Shown piece by piece: positions 59,880 through 64,000 of a stretch of DNA of 64,000 bases. Numbering within the stretch: position 1 is the stretch's first letter; each line of letters begins with the position of its first letter. The notes below the pieces were generated by a model. The model saw nothing but the letters and a program-made list of their open reading frames with translations. It searched no databases and was not told the DNA's origin. The position numbers and the translations under genes are program-made. This DNA is from Flavobacteriia bacterium (lineage in GTDB: Bacteria > Bacteroidota > Bacteroidia > Flavobacteriales_D > Crocinitomicaceae): contig RFQZ01000005.1 in NCBI GenBank assembly GCA_009924735.1, positions 25,533 through 89,532 on the forward strand. Direction: 5' to 3'.

Positions 59880-60679
59880 AAAAATGGCTTAAAATTACCT
59901 TGATTGCAGTGTTTGCCGTATTGAGCATTGGGCTGTTGGTGATGTCCTTGGCTAAGGCCAAAAAGAGAATTTTAGATGAACCAAAAATTGTGATCCATGT
60001 GGAAGGAGGAGAAGCCTTCTTAAATCGACAAGAATTGTTTAACCGCATCGTTCGTTTGCATCTTTTTCACGACAAAATGGAGTCGAGTGAACTCAAAATT
60101 GGAGAGATTGAAAGTGAAATCCGGAAAATGGAAGAGGTAAAAACAGTGCGTGTGTTCAAATACCTGGGAGGAAAATGGAAAATTGAAGTCGAACTACGCA
60201 AACCCATTGCACGCATATTTGCGACCAGCGGAGATTCTTACTACCTTGACAGCGAAGGATTTACGATTTCTAAATCAGATTTGCATACCGCGCGCGTTTT
60301 GGTGTTTTCAGGACATATCAATGAAAATCTGAGGCTCCAAAATACCCAAGTAATTATTAACAACGATTCCTTGAAAAATATTAAAAAACTCGACGATATG
60401 TATCGAATTTCAAATTATGTTTGTACGGATCCGATTTTACATCCATTGATAGGGCAGGTTTATTTGGAAAAGGACGGAGATTTCGTCCTAATCCCATTGA
60501 TTGGTGACCAAAAAATTGTGTTTGGAACCGCTTACAGTGATGAACAAGTTCGTGAAAAATTTGAGCGTTTGAAGATTTTTTACAAGGAAGGATTGCCTTA
60601 CGAAGGTTGGGAAAAATATTCGGAAATTAATTTAAAATATGATGGACAAATCGTATGTAGAAAACGGGTCGGAAAATAA
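59876..60679 (+). CDS. ftsQ: Cell-division protein FtsQ
   Basis: N-terminal TM, POTRA-like region, conserved slot between murC and ftsA. Confidence 0.8.
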   Translation: MKKWLKITLIAVFAVLSIGLLVMSLAKAKKRILDEPKIVIHVEGGEAFLNRQELFNRIVRLHLFHDKMESSELKIGEIESEIRKMEEVKTVRVFKYLGGKWKIEVELRKPIARIFATSGDSYYLDSEGFTISKSDLHTARVLVFSGHINENLRLQNTQVIINNDSLKNIKKLDDMYRISNYVCTDPILHPLIGQVYLEKDGDFVLIPLIGDQKIVFGTAYSDEQVREKFERLKIFYKEGLPYEGWEKYSEINLKYDGQIVCRKRVGK

Positions 60680-60701
60680 GCCCACTCGAAAGGTAAATGT
60701 A

Positions 60702-62012
60702 ATGATCGGGTTGGATATAGGTACAACCAAGATTGCGTGTTTTGTGGGAGTTAAAAACGATCATGGAAAAATTGAAATCATTTCCATGGGTAAGAGTGAG
60801 TCCCATGGCGTGATGCGCGGAGTGGTTTCGAACATTGAAAGGACCATTCAATCTATTGTTTTGGCCGTACAAAGTGCGCAAGAACGAGTGTTGTCTGGGA
60901 ATTTGGTGATTAACAACGTAAATGTAGGAATCGCAGGTCAACACATCAAAAGCCTTCAGCATCGTGGCATTTATACCCGAAATACGGATAAGGGTGAAAT
61001 TTCTCAAAGAGACGTAGACGCACTCATCGATGATATGTATCGTTTGGTTATGAAACCGGGTGAAGAAATTATTTCTGTATTTCCTCAGGAATACATTGTG
61101 GATAACGAGCAAGGCATTAAGGACCCCATCGGAATGGCAGGGGTTCGCTTGGAAGCAAACTTTCACATCCTAACCGGTCACGTATCGAATGTGACCAACA
61201 TAAAGACCTGTGTCGAAAGATCTGGTTTGAGTATTAATGAAATTATATTAGAACCCATTGCGTCCGCAGAGGCCGTGTTAAGCCAAGAAGAAAAAGAAGC
61301 AGGTGTCGTACTTGTTGACATTGGTGGAGGTACTACCGATGTAGCCATTTTTTATGAAGGCATCATCCGTCATACCGCAGTCATTCCTTTTGGAGGGAAT
61401 GCAATTACCGAAGACATCAAGTCAGGATGTAAAATCCTACAGAGAAATGCCGAAGCCGTGAAGGTGAAGTTTGGCAGCGCTTTGGCAAGTGAGAGCAAGG
61501 AAAATGAATTGGTATGCATTCCAGGTTTAAGAGGGCGTGAACCTAAAGAAATTAGGTTGTCTACCTTAGCTGGAATCATTCAAGCGCGAATGGAAGAGAT
61601 CATTGAAATGGTTTTTGTGGAAATTCAAAATTCTGGTTATGAAGACAAACTCATTGGTGGAATTGTTGTCACAGGAGGCGGGTCTCAATTGAAACACCTT
61701 CCGCAGCTCATTGAGTATGTTACTGGCTTGGATACAAGAATTGGTTACCCAACGGAACACCTGGCCAATACTAACCAAATTGAAGACATCAAAAGCCCAA
61801 TGTATGCCACCGGAATTGGACTCGTATTAAAGGCTTTCGAAAATCATGAAAGAGGTGGATACCAAGAAAGTACATCTCCAATCAGTGAAGTGAGAACCCA
61901 CACAGACGTGCGCAAAAGAGGAAACTTTTTCTCCAAATTGATATCCAAAGAAGGATTGAAGAAAATGGAAGATTTTTTCCTAAAAGAAGACGAAAACAAC
62001 GATAATAAATAA
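60702..62012 (+). CDS. ftsA: Cell-division protein FtsA
   Basis: Actin-fold motifs GLDIGTTKI, VDIGGGTTD, VVTGGGSQL, and a C-terminal amphipathic tail. The start is uncertain: 60702 after the ftsQ stop, versus 60639, which overlaps ftsQ. Confidence 0.9.
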   Translation: MIGLDIGTTKIACFVGVKNDHGKIEIISMGKSESHGVMRGVVSNIERTIQSIVLAVQSAQERVLSGNLVINNVNVGIAGQHIKSLQHRGIYTRNTDKGEISQRDVDALIDDMYRLVMKPGEEIISVFPQEYIVDNEQGIKDPIGMAGVRLEANFHILTGHVSNVTNIKTCVERSGLSINEIILEPIASAEAVLSQEEKEAGVVLVDIGGGTTDVAIFYEGIIRHTAVIPFGGNAITEDIKSGCKILQRNAEAVKVKFGSALASESKENELVCIPGLRGREPKEIRLSTLAGIIQARMEEIIEMVFVEIQNSGYEDKLIGGIVVTGGGSQLKHLPQLIEYVTGLDTRIGYPTEHLANTNQIEDIKSPMYATGIGLVLKAFENHERGGYQESTSPISEVRTHTDVRKRGNFFSKLISKEGLKKMEDFFLKEDENNDNK

Positions 62013-62029
62013 TTTAAATTAAAATAGAA

Positions 62030-63727
62030 ATGTTCGATATCCCTAAAGAAATGTCAGCCATCATTAAAGTAATTGGCGTAGGTGGCGGTGGAAGCAATGC
62101 CGTGAATTATATGTATAACCAAGGAATTAAAGGGGTAGACTTTATCGTTTGTAATACCGATTGTCAAGCCCTTGACACCTCTCCCGTTCCTTATAAAATT
62201 CAATTGGGAAAAACCTTGACCGAAGGAAGAGGGGCAGGTATGAATGCTGAAATTGGTATGAATGCTGCCTTTGAAAACATCGATGAGATCAGAGAAGTCC
62301 TTTCGAAGAATACAAAAATGGTATTCATCACCGCTGGAATGGGTGGTGGAACAGGTACAGGTGCCGCGCCAGTGATTGCGCAAGTTGCGAGAGAACTGGG
62401 AATCCTGACCGTTGGGATCGTAACCACGCCCTTTGATAGAGAAGGTCCTCGTAGAATATTACAAGCCTCTGAAGGATTGGAACGCATGAGGCAGTATGTG
62501 GATACCCTATTGGTAATTAACAACGAAAAACTAAGATTTACAGGGAAAAGCCTTGGGGTTACCCAAGCATTTCATCAAGCGGATGACATCTCTGCCATTG
62601 CTGCAAGAGGAATCGCTGAGGTAATCTCCGTTACAGGATATATCAATGTGGATTTTAATGATGTGAATACCGTACTTAGAAACAGTGGTCAAGCCTTGAT
62701 GGGAAGTGCATCAGCTGAAGGGGATGACAGAGCCCTTAAAGCGGTAAAAGCTGCAATGAACTCTCCGCTCCTTAGCGAAGATGACATCCACGGTGCTAAA
62801 TTTGTCTTGCTTAACATTACCTACGGAGAAAAAGAAGCCTTGATGGATGAAGTTATGGAAATAACGGATTTTATCCAGGATGCTGCAGGTGAAGGTGCTG
62901 AAGTAATTTGGGGACATGGTTTAGATACAACCCTTGGTGAAAAATTGAGCATTACCGTTATTGCTACCGGATTTTCGTCCAATGAAAATTCAACGTACGT
63001 TGCCCCAGAAAGAAAAGTGATGGTGCTCGACGAAGACTTGAAAAAAGAAATCGTTTCTCCATTAAACTCCCCTTTACAATCTGCACAAACGCAATCCATA
63101 CCTACAGAAACCATTCAAGAGCCATATTTGGTAAGCGAGGAAACTGTAAACGAGGCGCCCGCTGCACCTGAAGTTTTGGATACCAACACCTTCATGAACC
63201 AACCGCAGTCAGCTCCTGTGAAACCGGAACCAGCACCCGTAAACACCATCAAACATGATTTGTTTGGAAGCAATGAAGTACAAGATTCCAATTCAACCAT
63301 TGAATGGAATGTGGAAAACGTTAACCCAACCATTTTTGATTTAACCGAAGAACTTAACCCTGTTGGGAATGTACAACAGCCTGAGGCACCCGTTGCGGAA
63401 CAGCCAGAAGTAATTCGACACGTATTGGTAGACGATGCGGCGGATAAGGTTCGCAATTACAGAATTCAATCTACCGTTCTTCCTGAAGAAGCACAAAGAA
63501 GAAACGAGGAAAGAGTTGCAAAACTTCAAGAAATCACTTCCAAAATTCAAAATGCAGAAAGCATTATGGAATTTGAAAATGAGCCGGCATACATGAGAAG
63601 AAATTTTGATGTCACCGAAGAAACACCCAGCAAAGAAAACAATGTGAGCCGCTTTGGTTTGTCAAGCAACAACAATGGCGAAAGTGGTCTTGGAAACAAC
63701 AGTTATTTACATGACAACGTCGACTAA
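62030..63727 (+). CDS. ftsZ: Cell-division GTPase FtsZ with a long C-terminal linker
   Basis: GVGGGGSNAV and the tubulin signature GGGTGTGAAPV. The core ends near ITVIATGF, followed by a ~200-aa low-complexity linker, then EPAYMRR and a further tail ending LHDNVD. Confidence 0.97.
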   Translation: MFDIPKEMSAIIKVIGVGGGGSNAVNYMYNQGIKGVDFIVCNTDCQALDTSPVPYKIQLGKTLTEGRGAGMNAEIGMNAAFENIDEIREVLSKNTKMVFITAGMGGGTGTGAAPVIAQVARELGILTVGIVTTPFDREGPRRILQASEGLERMRQYVDTLLVINNEKLRFTGKSLGVTQAFHQADDISAIAARGIAEVISVTGYINVDFNDVNTVLRNSGQALMGSASAEGDDRALKAVKAAMNSPLLSEDDIHGAKFVLLNITYGEKEALMDEVMEITDFIQDAAGEGAEVIWGHGLDTTLGEKLSITVIATGFSSNENSTYVAPERKVMVLDEDLKKEIVSPLNSPLQSAQTQSIPTETIQEPYLVSEETVNEAPAAPEVLDTNTFMNQPQSAPVKPEPAPVNTIKHDLFGSNEVQDSNSTIEWNVENVNPTIFDLTEELNPVGNVQQPEAPVAEQPEVIRHVLVDDAADKVRNYRIQSTVLPEEAQRRNEERVAKLQEITSKIQNAESIMEFENEPAYMRRNFDVTEETPSKENNVSRFGLSSNNNGESGLGNNSYLHDNVD

Positions 63728-64000
63728 TGGGAATAGCAACGACCATCAACGATCAAATTAAGCAGGCAATGCTTGCGAAGGATAAAGTCAAACTTTCTGC
63801 ATTGCGCGATGTGAAGTCCAAAATCCTTTTGGAAGCGACCTCAGGCGCCGGAAACGAAGTAAGTGATGAAGTAGCCATTAAAATTTGTATGAAACTGCAC
63901 AAGCAGCGAATGGAAACCTACGAAATTTACATAACCCAAGGTAGACCCGAGTTGGCAGAAGAAGAATTGTTGCAGGCGCAAGTAATCGAAGCTTTTCTTC
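63727..64000 (+). CDS. GatB/YqeY-domain protein (3' end outside the window)
   Basis: Translating from the ATG at 63727 (TAATG overlap with the ftsZ stop) gives MGIATTINDQIKQAMLAKDKVKLSALRDVKSKILLEA..., the typical YqeY N-terminus. The frame is open to the window end. Confidence 0.7.
   Translation, partial: MGIATTINDQIKQAMLAKDKVKLSALRDVKSKILLEATSGAGNEVSDEVAIKICMKLHKQRMETYEIYITQGRPELAEEELLQAQVIEAFL

Noticed and set aside
60627-61166. 179-aa minus-strand ORF antisense to ftsA. The same applies to 42225..42707 (+) antisense to accA, 33397..33891 (-) antisense to rpoB, 29482..29925 (-) antisense to rplK/rplA, 7510..7947 (-) antisense to the cpsB-like gene, and 45876..46286 (+) across lnt/rpmA.
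   Set aside because: All are fully embedded opposite strongly recognisable conserved genes and have junk-like composition with no motifs. I treat them as shadow ORFs.
1-64000. Scan of the whole window for CRISPR arrays, IS elements or transposases, integrases, phage genes, and restriction-modification or other known defence genes
   Set aside because: I found none. Every intergenic gap is under about 165 bp, no direct-repeat arrays are visible, and every long ORF has a housekeeping or envelope-related assignment, apart from the hypothetical ORFs already listed.

Overview
This window looks like ordinary core chromosome from a Bacteroidota (Flavobacteriia-type) genome. The phylum call rests on several points: many genes are preceded by the TAnnTTTG -7 promoter box, Shine-Dalgarno sites are absent, one secreted protein carries a T9SS C-terminal sorting domain, and the order tRNA-Thr/Tyr/Gly/Thr-tuf-tRNA-Trp-secE-nusG-rplKAJL-rpoBC is the typical one. 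Contents from left to right: (1) 2-8287, a translationally coupled nucleotide-sugar/polysaccharide cluster. It holds a DegT aminotransferase, ugd, UDP-xylose synthase, a hexapeptide acetyltransferase, a Gfo/Idh/MocA oxidoreductase, an internally deleted UDP-N-acetyl-hexosamine dehydrogenase pseudogene, rfbB, a CpsB-type PHP phosphatase and a SixA-like phosphatase. (2) 8238-18010, assorted housekeeping and accessory genes: rhomboid, DUF2480, an XRE regulator, a hydrolase, an HMA lipoprotein, two tandem lipocalin-like lipoproteins, 3-hydroxyanthranilate dioxygenase, folA-thyA, a membrane histidine kinase, an FNR-type reductase and an aldo/keto reductase. (3) 18110-22858, an H-NOX gene followed by a 1260-aa cytoplasmic sensor kinase and a stand-alone receiver. 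The kinase reads as HNOBA-like, three PAS, two GAF, HisKA, HATPase. (4) 22864-26537, saccharopine dehydrogenase, DUF3467 and two glycosyltransferases. (5) 26691-39634, the tRNA/tuf/secE/nusG/ribosomal protein/rpoBC block. (6) 39684-47752, recG, accA, ispE, a T9SS cargo protein, lnt, rpmA-rplU and an EamA transporter. (7) 47915-64000, a complete dcw cluster (mraZ to ftsZ) with one extra uncharacterised 150-aa ORF wedged between murD and ftsW, followed by a partial yqeY-like gene. I found no CRISPR array, transposase, integrase, prophage or recognisable defence system. The items I consider most worth follow-up are the H-NOX/HNOBA-kinase/receiver operon, the orphan ORF inside the dcw cluster, and the deleted dehydrogenase at the entry point of the sugar pathway. 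None of them is a proven novel system. All family assignments come from motif recognition by eye and need HMM or BLAST confirmation.
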